A stretch of 63,260 bases of DNA, counting the filler, from an uncultured Methanosarcinales archaeon (GTDB taxonomy: Archaea > Nanobdellota > Nanobdellia > Woesearchaeales > JACPBV01), in assembly GCA_964492935.1 (NCBI GenBank). It is 4 parts of 4 records of this genome, joined end to end, with 100 filler letters (N's around TTAATTAATTAA, not from the genome) between each part and the next. Parts side by side here need not be neighbours in the genome. Positions count along the whole stretch, not along the records: positions 1 to 20,987 come from CAZBLF010000020.1; 3 more parts are not named here. The stretch is one strand, 5' to 3'. Each line of letters opens with the position of its first letter. The first letter of the stretch is position 1. This document shows positions 1 to 9,651 of the stretch, piece after piece. The notes beneath the pieces are model-generated. The model did not search any database, was not told where the DNA came from, and saw only the letters and a program-made list of their open reading frames with translations. The translations under genes were made by a program, and so were the position numbers.

Positions 1-918
1 GTTACATGTGTTAATGATGCTCCTGTTGCTACTGCGGACAGTGCAAGCACTTCGGTGAATACTCCAGTTACGATTAATGTGTTAGGTAATGATAATGATG
101 TGGATGGCGATACGTTGAGTGTAGAACTTTTCACGGGCGCTGCAAGTGGTAGCGTCGGCATTAGTGGGACGAACTTTGTCTATACTCCTAGTGCAGGGTT
201 TGTTGGCGTCGATAGTTTCACGTATCGGGCTCGCGATGGAAGTGTAGCTAGTAATACGGTTGCCGTTACGGTAACGGTTAATCAGGTCAATAGAGCACCT
301 GTGATTACGTCGCTTCCGGTTACGTTATTGCAGCAGGAAACCGATGAATGCTGTACGGCGTATCGATACGATGTAGAGGCGTTTGATGCAGATGCAGATA
401 GCTTAACCTTTTCTTTATTACAGGCCCCCTCAGGGATGAGAATCAATCCTGTTACCGGATTAATTACTTTGGCTGATACTCGGAACTTCGGATCATTCGT
501 GGTGATTGTGCAGGTTACGGATGGGACCTTTATTGTGAGCCAGACGTTTAGTTTGACCGTGGAGCGAGCACGTTTAGATATCAATCCGCGAAAGAAGTTT
601 CATATCACTACTATTAGAACGAATCAGGTCGCTCATAGCGATATACGGCCTGGCGAGAGGATTTTTGTTGACTTAGGTTTTGAAAATTTAGGAAGACGAG
701 ACACGCAGCACGCGACGATTAGAGTAACTGAATATGAGTTGGGGATTTCTAGAAAGTTTGGTCCGTTCAGCGGTCCTGACGTCGGAGATGCGATGAGTAA
801 TGGCGCTTCGATCCGGATTCCTGATGACGCTCGACCTGGAGTCTATACGTTGAGAATCACACTTTCAGATACGAAAGGCATTAGAAGAGTGAGGCATCGT
901 GAATTCAGAATTATTTAG
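1..918 (+). CDS. Surface protein with Ig-like/cadherin-like (Big_9/He_PIG-type) domains, 5'-truncated by window edge
   Basis: Frame open from base 1 (VNDAPVA..D); NDxDxDGD, YTP..GF.G.DSFTY and NRAPVITS/DADADSLTFSL..AP.GM.I...TG motifs typical of tandem Ig-like repeats. Confidence 0.8.
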   Translation, partial: VTCVNDAPVATADSASTSVNTPVTINVLGNDNDVDGDTLSVELFTGAASGSVGISGTNFVYTPSAGFVGVDSFTYRARDGSVASNTVAVTVTVNQVNRAPVITSLPVTLLQQETDECCTAYRYDVEAFDADADSLTFSLLQAPSGMRINPVTGLITLADTRNFGSFVVIVQVTDGTFIVSQTFSLTVERARLDINPRKKFHITTIRTNQVAHSDIRPGERIFVDLGFENLGRRDTQHATIRVTEYELGISRKFGPFSGPDVGDAMSNGASIRIPDDARPGVYTLRITLSDTKGIRRVRHREFRII

Positions 919-1076
919 GGTTGTTGCAGTAATAACTGTGAAGTTGTTAAAAATAGTAACTACTTCTGTATACTCAACTACAGAAATATTTAAATATAAG
1001 CTAGCCCCACAAAAGACCATCATTTACCAAGGGGTATTTACAGCTTACTGTAAGCCATGAATAGGGGGGTACTAAA

Positions 1077-2429
1077 ATGAAAGGAATGTTAAAGAAAAGT
1101 ATTATGGGTTTATCGGCAATAGCAATGTTGTTCTTGTTCTCAGTTATGGTGTCTGCAGCATGTAGCGGCAGCTGTGGAACATCGCAAGGTAGCACGTTTA
1201 CGTTGACCAAATTAGATATTGAGGTTAACGATGTAGATTTATCGACAGCGTCGACTTCACAGAAGGAATTGTTGAAAGAGGATGAGCTTGATGTCCTAGT
1301 TGTGTTTCAGTCAAACACGGATCTTGAGGACGTAGTGATTGTAGCTGAATTAACCGGTTACGATAAAAGTGATAGAGTAAAAATTAATGATGAATCGGAC
1401 ACGTTCGACGTTACGAATGGAACGATTTATGATAAGAGAATGGAACTTGAACTTCCTACTCGATTTGAACAGGGACAGTACTCATTGAAAGTACGTATTG
1501 AAACGAAGACTGATACCTTCACTCAAACGTACCCTGTCTATATTGATGCTGAAGAACATTCAGTTGAAATTAGAGATGTTGTTTTAAGTCCAGCTGACGA
1601 AGTACGAGCTGGTAGAGCATTATTAATTAGTGCACGAATCAAGAACCGTGGAGAAAATGATGAAGAGGACATCAAAGTCACCGCAAGCATTCCAGCATTG
1701 GGTGTACGTGGAACAGACTTCATTGATGAACTCGATTCAGAAGACTGTACAGGAAGCAGCTGTGACGATAGTATTACGTCAGAGGAAATCTACTTGAGAA
1801 TTCCAGACTGTGCTGAACCTGGTGAATACACGGTAGCAGTAACTGTTGAATTTGACGATGGAGACGAAGAGGTAACTCGAACCAGCAAGGTCCGTGTTGT
1901 TGAATCTGACCTTTGCCCAGTACATGGCGGAAGTAGCTCATCTGGATCTACGAGTGCAACAGGTAAAACCGTTATTACGATTGGACCTGAATCTCAGACT
2001 GTCGCTAAGGGAGCAACTGCTAACTACCCATTAACGCTATCGAACGAAGGAAGTTCGTCGCGAACGTACACTGTTGAAGTAAGTGCACCGTGGGCTAACG
2101 TGGCAATCTCACCGTCCAACGTATTAGTTGTTGGTGCAGGAGAGTCTAAAGCGGCTTTCATTGGTGTGACACCGAGTGGAGATGCTAGCGGAGAGCAGCT
2201 GTTCTCAGTGACTGTTAAGAGTGGTGACGCTGTGTTAAAGCAGGTACCGCTTAAGGCAACTGTAGCAGGAAAAAGCTACTCACCTATGGGAAAGGCAAAG
2301 AAGGCTCTTGAAGTTGGAATTGTTGTTTTCGTTGTGTTGTTAGTCATTCTAGGGCTTATCATCGGCTTTAACAAGCTGAAGGGAAGCGATGACGAGGAAG
2401 GCAAGGAAGACGACGAGGCTTATTACTAA
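1077..2429 (+). CDS. Secreted S-layer-like/CARDB-type Ig-fold protein with C-terminal membrane anchor
   Basis: N-terminal signal peptide, beta-rich acidic domains, S/T linker, C-terminal TM helix and acidic tail. Confidence 0.7.
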   Translation: MKGMLKKSIMGLSAIAMLFLFSVMVSAACSGSCGTSQGSTFTLTKLDIEVNDVDLSTASTSQKELLKEDELDVLVVFQSNTDLEDVVIVAELTGYDKSDRVKINDESDTFDVTNGTIYDKRMELELPTRFEQGQYSLKVRIETKTDTFTQTYPVYIDAEEHSVEIRDVVLSPADEVRAGRALLISARIKNRGENDEEDIKVTASIPALGVRGTDFIDELDSEDCTGSSCDDSITSEEIYLRIPDCAEPGEYTVAVTVEFDDGDEEVTRTSKVRVVESDLCPVHGGSSSSGSTSATGKTVITIGPESQTVAKGATANYPLTLSNEGSSSRTYTVEVSAPWANVAISPSNVLVVGAGESKAAFIGVTPSGDASGEQLFSVTVKSGDAVLKQVPLKATVAGKSYSPMGKAKKALEVGIVVFVVLLVILGLIIGFNKLKGSDDEEGKEDDEAYY

Positions 2430-2493
2430 GCCAACCTTTTTATTTTCTTTTTCTTTTTCCTTTTTTATGACCGCCTCTCTTGGAGGGATATAG

Positions 2494-4182
2494 ATGTTAT
2501 CGAAAATTATACGAATAGCTAGTAGTGTTATTATCTTTATGCTTGCTTTGCCCATTGCTTTGGGTTCGGTGGGCATTGAGCTGGGTGATGCTCTCTATAA
2601 TACTGACATTATTCGCGCTAGCGATTTTAAAGCTGGTTCTGGCTCCTATAGTGCATGTGTTACTGATCAGGTTACGGTTCCATTGAGGATAACCAATTCT
2701 AATAGTTTTGCTGAGCTGTATACGCTGCGAGTGGATGATGGGAGTGTGTTGTTATCTAGCAATCAGGCAGCTCTTCAGAGTGGGCAATCTGGAATCATTA
2801 CGCTTACGTTGCCAGCCGGTTCGTTTTCTGCAGTGAATACTTCGTTGATTATGACTGTTGGTAGTCGCAGGGAGGCTGTTGAGCGAAGTTTTGAGATTGT
2901 AGTAGCGTATGAGGATTGTTTTAATTATGTGGTGGAGTTGGTTGCTGATTCTGATTATTGTGCCTGTGAATTTGTTCAAATTGCGGGTTCGGTTGTTAAT
3001 GAGGGTGCGCGGGCAGATAGTTATCTGGTTGGATTTTCTAATGATGAGTGGTTAACAAGTTCAATCGATGCTGATACGTTTGAGCTTGCACCTGGTGCTT
3101 CATTTCCGTTCGTGTTAGAGGGTAGCGTGCCGTGTACAGGAGATGAGTCGGTCTCTGTTGCTGCCGATGTCACGTCGGGTGGTTCGGGGATTGTTCGGAA
3201 TGTTGTTGAGGAGTATGATATTGTAGACTTTTCTAGGTGTTATGACACTCGGATCGCGACAATGGATGTTCTCGTTGATTATTCTGGTAGGGAGGTGCCG
3301 ATTAAGGTGACCAACAAAGGTTTACGTCCCGCTACCTATTCTTTGAGTTTGAATGGGGTGTCGTGGTATGTGGCGAGTTTAGACACGTTTACTCTTGCTG
3401 AAGGTCAATCTCGCATAATTTCGCTTTATTTACGTCCTGATGCCTCGGTTGAGGAGGGAGAGTATGTGGCTACGTTGTTGTTGCAAAGCGATGTCTTCGA
3501 TGCTGAGAGAGATATTGTGATTACGGTTAAAGAGGCTTCGCGTGTAGGTGATGTTGTTGCGTTTTATGCTTCCTTTTTGAGATACTATTGGATTTTGGTG
3601 GTTCTTGTTTTGCTGGTAGCTTGGGGTGCGATGCAGTTGGTGCAGCGCAGAAAGCAGGTTGTAGACAAGAAGGTTACTCGTAAGTGGAGAGTTACTGTTG
3701 TGGCTTACTTCATTCTTGCTGTGCTGGTGTTATTAGGATTTATTGGAGTGGCGGCTAGTTATTTCGTCAATCGATCTGGCGCTGAGACGATTTTACCTAC
3801 ACCTACCTCATTTGTGGTTAATATCTTGGTTGGTGCTCTGGTTATTGTTGTGGTGTTGCCTTTTATTTCTCGATTTATGAAGAAGAGAGTAAAAATCGAG
3901 AAGAAGGTTGTGGCTGAGGTCAAGAAAGAGGTTGTTGAGAAGAAGGTTGCGAAAAAGGTAGTAAAAGGGCGAAAAAAGTTTTCAGATTGGATGTTGGTTA
4001 CTTCTGTTATTGTTATTGTGGTGATTGCGGTTGCGTTATTTGAATTGTTGCGTGCAGGTACTTTTCCTGTATTGAATGATTTCTTTTTGTTGTATTATCC
4101 TTACATGTTGGCTGGATTAGTGGTGTTGGTTGTTCTTATTGTTGTTCTTGTTTCTTTAGAGAAGCGGAAAAAGAAGAAGTAG
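2494..4182 (+). CDS. Large membrane protein with extracellular Ig-like domains and ~5 C-terminal TM helices
   Basis: 562-aa ORF; signal peptide, beta-rich region, hydrophobic segments separated by Lys/Val-rich loops. Confidence 0.65.
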   Translation: MLSKIIRIASSVIIFMLALPIALGSVGIELGDALYNTDIIRASDFKAGSGSYSACVTDQVTVPLRITNSNSFAELYTLRVDDGSVLLSSNQAALQSGQSGIITLTLPAGSFSAVNTSLIMTVGSRREAVERSFEIVVAYEDCFNYVVELVADSDYCACEFVQIAGSVVNEGARADSYLVGFSNDEWLTSSIDADTFELAPGASFPFVLEGSVPCTGDESVSVAADVTSGGSGIVRNVVEEYDIVDFSRCYDTRIATMDVLVDYSGREVPIKVTNKGLRPATYSLSLNGVSWYVASLDTFTLAEGQSRIISLYLRPDASVEEGEYVATLLLQSDVFDAERDIVITVKEASRVGDVVAFYASFLRYYWILVVLVLLVAWGAMQLVQRRKQVVDKKVTRKWRVTVVAYFILAVLVLLGFIGVAASYFVNRSGAETILPTPTSFVVNILVGALVIVVVLPFISRFMKKRVKIEKKVVAEVKKEVVEKKVAKKVVKGRKKFSDWMLVTSVIVIVVIAVALFELLRAGTFPVLNDFFLLYYPYMLAGLVVLVVLIVVLVSLEKRKKKK

Positions 4183-4201
4183 TTTTGTTCTAAGAAAAAA
4201 G

Positions 4202-4299
4202 TGGGGACGCCTTGATTCCCACCTAATGGTTTCACCCTCTAGGAACCCGTGCCCAGTACCTATTCGCTTTGCTCATAGGTACGAATCAATACTTGCATC
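4202..4299 (-). ncRNA. Candidate structured RNA downstream of tRNA-Trp, ending in a copy of the tRNA 3' acceptor strand
   Basis: Nested stems GATGC/GCGTC, TTGATTC/GAATCAA, GTACCTAT/ATAGGTAC and CCTAG/TTAGG, followed by CCCCA and a T-tract. Confidence 0.35.
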
Positions 4300-4317
4300 A
4301 TTGCCTGAGAAAAAAAG

Positions 4318-4464
4318 TGGGGACGTCCGGATTCGAACCGGAATCTAAGGCTGTCTTCGGGAGATCAGTCATCGCTTGCGCTCTTCTCTCCAGTTACTGG
4401 AGGCCCCTATACTAGCCAGGCTGTACCCTTTTTGGTTAACCCAAAAGGTTTATACTACGTCCCC
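4318..4464 (-). tRNA. trnW: tRNA-Trp(CCA) with two introns (4421-4449 at 15/16; 4353-4396 at 37/38)
   Basis: Acceptor GGGGACG/CGTCCCC-A, T-arm TCCGG-TTCGAAT-CCGGA, anticodon arm GGGGC-CTCCAG^A-GCCTT; removing both inserts gives a 74-nt cloverleaf. Confidence 0.9.
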
Positions 4465-4488
4465 TTTGTTGTTTCAGAACTCTTGGTT

Positions 4489-4836
4489 TTATTTAAACCT
4501 TATGCTATCTCCTATTGAGGATTGAGATTGTTTAATGGTGTTTATTGGTAGCTCTAGGATGTATTGTGCTTTTTCTTTTGAGGTGTAGCAGGTGAAGGGT
4601 TTGAAGTTTTCTTTAAGTTCTATGATTTCTTTGTTCTCGTTAAGAAATATGAGATCTATGGGATAGAAGACGAAGAACATGTGGAGTGATTGTAACCGCT
4701 CTGTTTTGAACTTGAAAATGAGTGCTTCATGTTTACGTTCTTTTGAGAACATTAAGCCTATCGCTTTCTTCAGTTGGGTGGAGGCGTATCTTATGGTGTT
4801 TGCAAGCAAGGTGTTTTTGGTGGTGTTGTGAAGCAT
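4489..4836 (-). CDS. DUF192 family protein
   Basis: GLMF...HMFFVFYPIDLIFL...YILELP motifs. Confidence 0.85.
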   Translation of the reverse strand: MLHNTTKNTLLANTIRYASTQLKKAIGLMFSKERKHEALIFKFKTERLQSLHMFFVFYPIDLIFLNENKEIIELKENFKPFTCYTSKEKAQYILELPINTIKQSQSSIGDSIRFK

Positions 4837-4889
4837 GGCCTATGTTTGACGTGATAAGTTAATAAACTCTTTGTTTCGCGATCTGAAAA

Positions 4890-6908
4890 CTAATCCAACA
4901 CCGTCAATTTACCGTTTTCATATCTTACCTTGTAGGTATTCTCTCTGTCCCGTATAATAGCGTCTAGTGGATTATATCCGATGATATTCATCTCGCTTGC
5001 ATTGAAGGAGGTCTTTGATGCTATCACTGTTCTTCCGGGAGCCATCTCAGCAACCTTACTTGCGAGGTTTACTTCGTTATTACTGCCTGATCCAGTTGAA
5101 CAGGAGTGCAGGATGATTGTTGCATTTGGAGCAAGCTTTTGCAAATACTTAGCAAACTCTGCATCACCAGTATCTACACGTGTCTGTTCGTACTCTTTTT
5201 CTGGAAGGTCGGTGAGTGAAGCTCTTGACAATCCTAGAGATTCCTTTAAACCATGACCAGCAAGCCAAAGTACTTGCAGGTTTGGGGTGTTATCTATCGC
5301 ATCATAGATGTCTTTTTCTGTGTGTGCTATCTCTATTCTTATGTCATAATGCTCTCTTAGCCACCCTTTCATAACCTCTCTTTCGAATCTTGTATGGAGG
5401 GCCCCATTATGATCATACGTAGGAAAGGTGAGTAACAAGTTCGGCTTCTTTGTATCCTTAAATACGAAATCCTCCCCCTCCAATCTTAACCTTGCCGCCA
5501 TGATTGCCTTTGGACCCGAATAAGGATCTTTATCATATTTTTTTAGGTATCTTTTCAGTTCGTTTAGTTCTAAGTTGTATCTCACTATCTCTGCGAGCTG
5601 GTACCCATCCCGGATCAGGGGATTTCCTGAAGGACTTTTCAGCTCTATTGCTTGATGTGCAAATGTGACCTCACCTTGGGCCGCAGTATATTTGAATAGT
5701 GACTCTGAATCGAAAACTGCCTTTCCTTGGCCGTTTTTTAACTGCGCGAATTTTTCCGCATCTTCTAAGGTGTACTTGTCTAGTAAGAATATACTTAGCG
5801 TGCTTGCATGAGGGAAGAGTAACTGCCCGTCGCTATTCCGAATTTTGTACATCTTTTCAATCACTGGGAAACCCACTCCGGAACGCAAGACCTCTACGAT
5901 GTCAAACCCATAGAAATACTGTCCGCCTTTTTCGTCTTTAAGACTGACGAGTTTTTTCGCAATCTCTTCCTTACCACCTATAGATAGAAATTCAACAGCA
6001 TTGTTTGACCCTTTGAATACTTGTTTTCCATCTATCTCTAGGTTATACACGTTGAGTACATCATCAATCTTCAACTTTTCTTCTAATATCCTCCTAGCAC
6101 TTCCTCCAGCGAAAATTCTCTTTCCTGCATCATTTCTCTTTTCCAGAATATTCTCTATATCCTCTATGGGGGCATCGATCTTTCTGAGCTTAATGATGTC
6201 ATTAGCCAAGAATGGATCTAGACCGTTGCAATCCTCAAGCTCATTTAGCCTCTTTGCATAGTCAACCGTTCCTTTTGCTTTCCAATAATCGACAACTTCA
6301 AATCCATCAGCAAAGAGGTGTGTTCCTCTCTTTTTCTCAATCTCTAAGAGACTTCTCGCGAATTCAGGGTCACCCTTCGCTTTCCAGTAGTTAACAATGT
6401 CATCTCCATCGAATAACGTTTTTGGTTTGATTTCACGCTTAATTCTAAGAGAAAGTGGCTCATGCATCACAACAAGACTTGCCAGCTCTTTCGCGAATGA
6501 TGTGGTTCCTCCTATCTGGACATACTTTGCAATGCTCTTTGCATTGAATACTGGATCGCCCCCTACTGATTTGAGAGCTGCTAGTGTAGCAGCAAGATCG
6601 GGATTGCCACTAAAGTATATCTTTTCAATGTCTCCCAGTTCATAAGATCTTGCTGAATACCTGTCACGCATATTTGCTATTTTTTCAGCAAACTGGAGAG
6701 GTATTCCTTTTTCATCATAGTATGTGGTTTCTTCGCTAGAAAGATGGATAGGGTTAGCTTTCGCTACCATACTTTCAATACTTTCTGAGCTTTTTTCTTT
6801 TTCAGATGGTATCTTTGGTTGCTCTTTTTCCTGGATCGTTGAGCATCCTATCATGCTCAGCAATCCAACTGCTGCAAGTGCATTTTTTAGCTTCTCTAAC
6901 GGTTGCAT
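4890..6908 (-). CDS. Putative lipoprotein with ~33-aa helical tandem repeats and C-terminal caspase/CHAT-like His-Cys domain
   Basis: LLSMIGC lipobox-like motif; repeating F..G.DIV.Y...G...A..L..L....G units; LWLAGHG and IILHSCSTG motifs. Confidence 0.6.
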   Translation of the reverse strand: MQPLEKLKNALAAVGLLSMIGCSTIQEKEQPKIPSEKEKSSESIESMVAKANPIHLSSEETTYYDEKGIPLQFAEKIANMRDRYSARSYELGDIEKIYFSGNPDLAATLAALKSVGGDPVFNAKSIAKYVQIGGTTSFAKELASLVVMHEPLSLRIKREIKPKTLFDGDDIVNYWKAKGDPEFARSLLEIEKKRGTHLFADGFEVVDYWKAKGTVDYAKRLNELEDCNGLDPFLANDIIKLRKIDAPIEDIENILEKRNDAGKRIFAGGSARRILEEKLKIDDVLNVYNLEIDGKQVFKGSNNAVEFLSIGGKEEIAKKLVSLKDEKGGQYFYGFDIVEVLRSGVGFPVIEKMYKIRNSDGQLLFPHASTLSIFLLDKYTLEDAEKFAQLKNGQGKAVFDSESLFKYTAAQGEVTFAHQAIELKSPSGNPLIRDGYQLAEIVRYNLELNELKRYLKKYDKDPYSGPKAIMAARLRLEGEDFVFKDTKKPNLLLTFPTYDHNGALHTRFEREVMKGWLREHYDIRIEIAHTEKDIYDAIDNTPNLQVLWLAGHGLKESLGLSRASLTDLPEKEYEQTRVDTGDAEFAKYLQKLAPNATIILHSCSTGSGSNNEVNLASKVAEMAPGRTVIASKTSFNASEMNIIGYNPLDAIIRDRENTYKVRYENGKLTVLD

Positions 6909-6971
6909 ACTCTTACTAGAATGAGTTCCCTATATAAATCTTTCTATCTTTCACTCCTTTTTAGTGGTGAC

Positions 6972-8393
6972 TTAATACCGATAATACTCTGGCTTGAATG
7001 GGCCTTCTACCTTTACGCCGATGTAGTCTGCTTGTTCTTTGCTCAAGGTTGAGAGCTTTGCTCCTAGTTTTTCTAGATGCAATCTTGCTACTTCTTCGTC
7101 GAGTTCTTTTGGGAGAACATAGACGCCTACTTTATGGTCTTTCTCCCAGAGATCTATCTGCGCTAGAACTTGGTTCGTGAACGAATTGCTCATGACGAAG
7201 CTTGGATGGCCGGTGGCACAGGATAAATTTACTAAACGTCCTTGCGCTAGGAGGTAGATGGAATGTCCGTCTTCGAACGTATAACGATCTACGGGGCATT
7301 CGCTGCCTTTAATTTCTTCTTTCTTTATGCCTGGAAACTTTTCTAACTCAGCTACTTGGATTTCGTTATCGAAATGTCCGATATTACAGACTACCGCTTG
7401 ATCTTTCATCTTGCTCATGTGTTCTGCAGTGATGATATCGCAGTTTCCGGTTGTGGTTACATAGATGTCAGCTTCTGGTAGAGCATCTTCTACCGTAGTT
7501 ACTTTGTAGCCGGCCATGCATGCTTGTAAAGCGCAGATGGGATCTACTTCAGAAACCATAACTCTCGCTTTTTCGTTGCTCATTGCATCGGCACTTCCTT
7601 TGCCAACGTCACCAAAGCCGCAAACCATGACGGTTTTTCCTGAAATTAAGATATCCATTGCTCTTTTAATTCCGTCTGGTAGAGAGTGTCGGCAGCCGTA
7701 GACGTTGTCGAACTTGGATTTCGTTACAGAGTCGTTTACGTTCATTGCTGGAAAGAGAAGTTCTTTCTTTTCCATCATTTGATAGAGTCGATGTACGCCA
7801 GTGGTGGTCTCTTCTGAGACTCCTTTGATTTTTTCTGCTGCTTCGGTCCATCTTTTTGGAGTTTTACTGTGAATTTCTTTTAGAATTTTCATCAATTCCT
7901 GAACGTCTTGGACTTCTTTGGAATAATCTTTGTCAAGTATGGATGCATCCTTTTCAATTTCCACTCCTTTGTGGATCATCATTGTCGCATCTCCACCATC
8001 GTCTACAATAAGGTCTGGACCTGCTCCGTTTCCGAAATCTAACGCTTTATCGGTACACTGCCAGTATTCCTCTAATGTTTCTCCTTTCCAAGCGAAGACA
8101 GGAACTCCAGCTTTTGCTATAGCTGCGGCTGCATGATCTTGGGTCGAGAAGATGTTACAAGATGCCCAGCGGACATTTGCTCCTAGTGCCACTAATGTTT
8201 CGATTAAGACGGCAGTTTGTATCGTCATGTGAAGACTGCCCATGATATTTGCGCCTTTGAGTGGTTGCTTATCTTGGTGTTTAATTCTCACTGCCATAAG
8301 GCCAGGCATTTCTTTCTCAGCTATGTCTAATTCTTTTCTTCCAAATTCGGCTAGTTTGATATCTTTAATCCAGTAATTTTCTGTTTGTTCCAT
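6972..8393 (-). CDS. ahcY: Adenosylhomocysteinase (SAH hydrolase)
   Basis: [65 protein letters not shown] motifs. Confidence 0.98.
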   Translation of the reverse strand: MEQTENYWIKDIKLAEFGRKELDIAEKEMPGLMAVRIKHQDKQPLKGANIMGSLHMTIQTAVLIETLVALGANVRWASCNIFSTQDHAAAAIAKAGVPVFAWKGETLEEYWQCTDKALDFGNGAGPDLIVDDGGDATMMIHKGVEIEKDASILDKDYSKEVQDVQELMKILKEIHSKTPKRWTEAAEKIKGVSEETTTGVHRLYQMMEKKELLFPAMNVNDSVTKSKFDNVYGCRHSLPDGIKRAMDILISGKTVMVCGFGDVGKGSADAMSNEKARVMVSEVDPICALQACMAGYKVTTVEDALPEADIYVTTTGNCDIITAEHMSKMKDQAVVCNIGHFDNEIQVAELEKFPGIKKEEIKGSECPVDRYTFEDGHSIYLLAQGRLVNLSCATGHPSFVMSNSFTNQVLAQIDLWEKDHKVGVYVLPKELDEEVARLHLEKLGAKLSTLSKEQADYIGVKVEGPFKPEYYRY

Positions 8394-8529
8394 TATTGAT
8401 CACCTTTTATGGAGTAGTTTTGTTCAATTTATATACTTTTCTTGTTATTTTGTCGATTTTGTCTGCTTTATTGTTATTTTACTGGACAAATAAGGTAACA
8501 TTTATATATTAGTTGGACATTTCAATCTT

Positions 8530-8955
8530 ATGGATTTAGATAAGAAGTCTTCCTCAATTCTTTCGGTACTCAAGTCGGATGGACGTGCCTCGATTCGTGA
8601 TGTTGCAAAAAGGACTCGTTTGCGTCCCAGCACGGTGCATCAGCGGATGAAGAAGCTGCAGAAAGAGGGAGTCATAGAGAGGTTTACGGTTAAGCTAGAT
8701 GATAGCAAGGTTGGAGAGGGGTTAGTTGTTATTATGCTTGTTAAAACGAAGCCGGGTGTGATGCTAGATAAAGTTTTCAATGCTGATGAGGTAAAGGCGG
8801 TGTACGGGGTTACTGGAGAATATGATTTGATGGTGAAGTTGAAGTTCAAGGATGTTGCTGAGTTTAATGAGTTTGTCTTACATTTTAGAAAGCAGGAAGA
8901 GGTTGAGTCGACGTTGACGATGGTTGCTACGGCAACGATAAAAGAGAGCATCTAA
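8530..8955 (+). CDS. Lrp/AsnC family transcriptional regulator
   Basis: N-terminal HTH (DGRAS..VA...TV..R...L...GVI) and VTGEYDL RAM domain; divergent from ahcY. Confidence 0.93.
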   Translation: MDLDKKSSSILSVLKSDGRASIRDVAKRTRLRPSTVHQRMKKLQKEGVIERFTVKLDDSKVGEGLVVIMLVKTKPGVMLDKVFNADEVKAVYGVTGEYDLMVKLKFKDVAEFNEFVLHFRKQEEVESTLTMVATATIKESI

Positions 8956-9000
8956 TTTATATCTGCCGGGATGGCTTACCACACCCCCATGTTGGTTCTT

Positions 9001-9651
9001 TCATCCCGGCGTTTTTCTTTCTCCAAAAATTATTGTGCCGAGACGAACTTGTGTTGCGCCTTCTTCGATTGCAATTTTGTAGGAATGGGACATGCCCATC
9101 GAGAGTATATTCATCTCTACGTTTTGGATGGATAGCGCCTTTATCTTGTCAAAAAGTTGTTTAGTTGCTTTGAAGTAGGGTCTTGCTTGTTCTGGATCTT
9201 CGGTGCAGGGTGCCATTGTCATGAGTCCTTTGATTTTTATATTTTTTAGTTTGGAGATTTTAGTTATTAGGTTGATTGCTTTATCTGGATGGATGCCCGT
9301 CTTGTTTTCTTCGTTTCCTGAGTTGATTTCGATGAGAGCAGGCATGGTTTTTCCGATGAGTTGAGCTTGCTTATTGATTTCTATTGCTAGCTTTTCTGAG
9401 TCTACGGTTTCGATGAGGTCGAAGAGTTTTACAGCGGCTTTTACTTTGTTTGTTTGGAGATGTCCTATGAGATGGAGGGTTGCTCCGTCGAAATTCTTTC
9501 CTTCTGCTTCCTGGACGTAGTTTTCTCCGATGTTTTTGATACCTGCAGCTATTGCTTGTCGGATTTCTTCAGAGGTTCTGGTTTTGGAGGCTGCCACCAC
9601 CGTTACGTCTGCAGGGATTGTTAGTTTTGCAAGGTTGGCTGCGATGGTCAT
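9001..9651 (-). CDS. yggS: PLP homeostasis protein, YggS family
   Basis: VAASKT, GENYVQE, HLIGHLQTNK, GLMTM, LSMGMS, RLGT.IFG motifs. Confidence 0.95.
   Translation of the reverse strand: MTIAANLAKLTIPADVTVVAASKTRTSEEIRQAIAAGIKNIGENYVQEAEGKNFDGATLHLIGHLQTNKVKAAVKLFDLIETVDSEKLAIEINKQAQLIGKTMPALIEINSGNEENKTGIHPDKAINLITKISKLKNIKIKGLMTMAPCTEDPEQARPYFKATKQLFDKIKALSIQNVEMNILSMGMSHSYKIAIEEGATQVRLGTIIFGERKTPG

Noticed and set aside
4202..4310. 5S rRNA or second tRNA downstream of tRNA-Trp
   Set aside because: No 5S conserved motifs (e.g. CCGAAC loop) and no cloverleaf or T-loop
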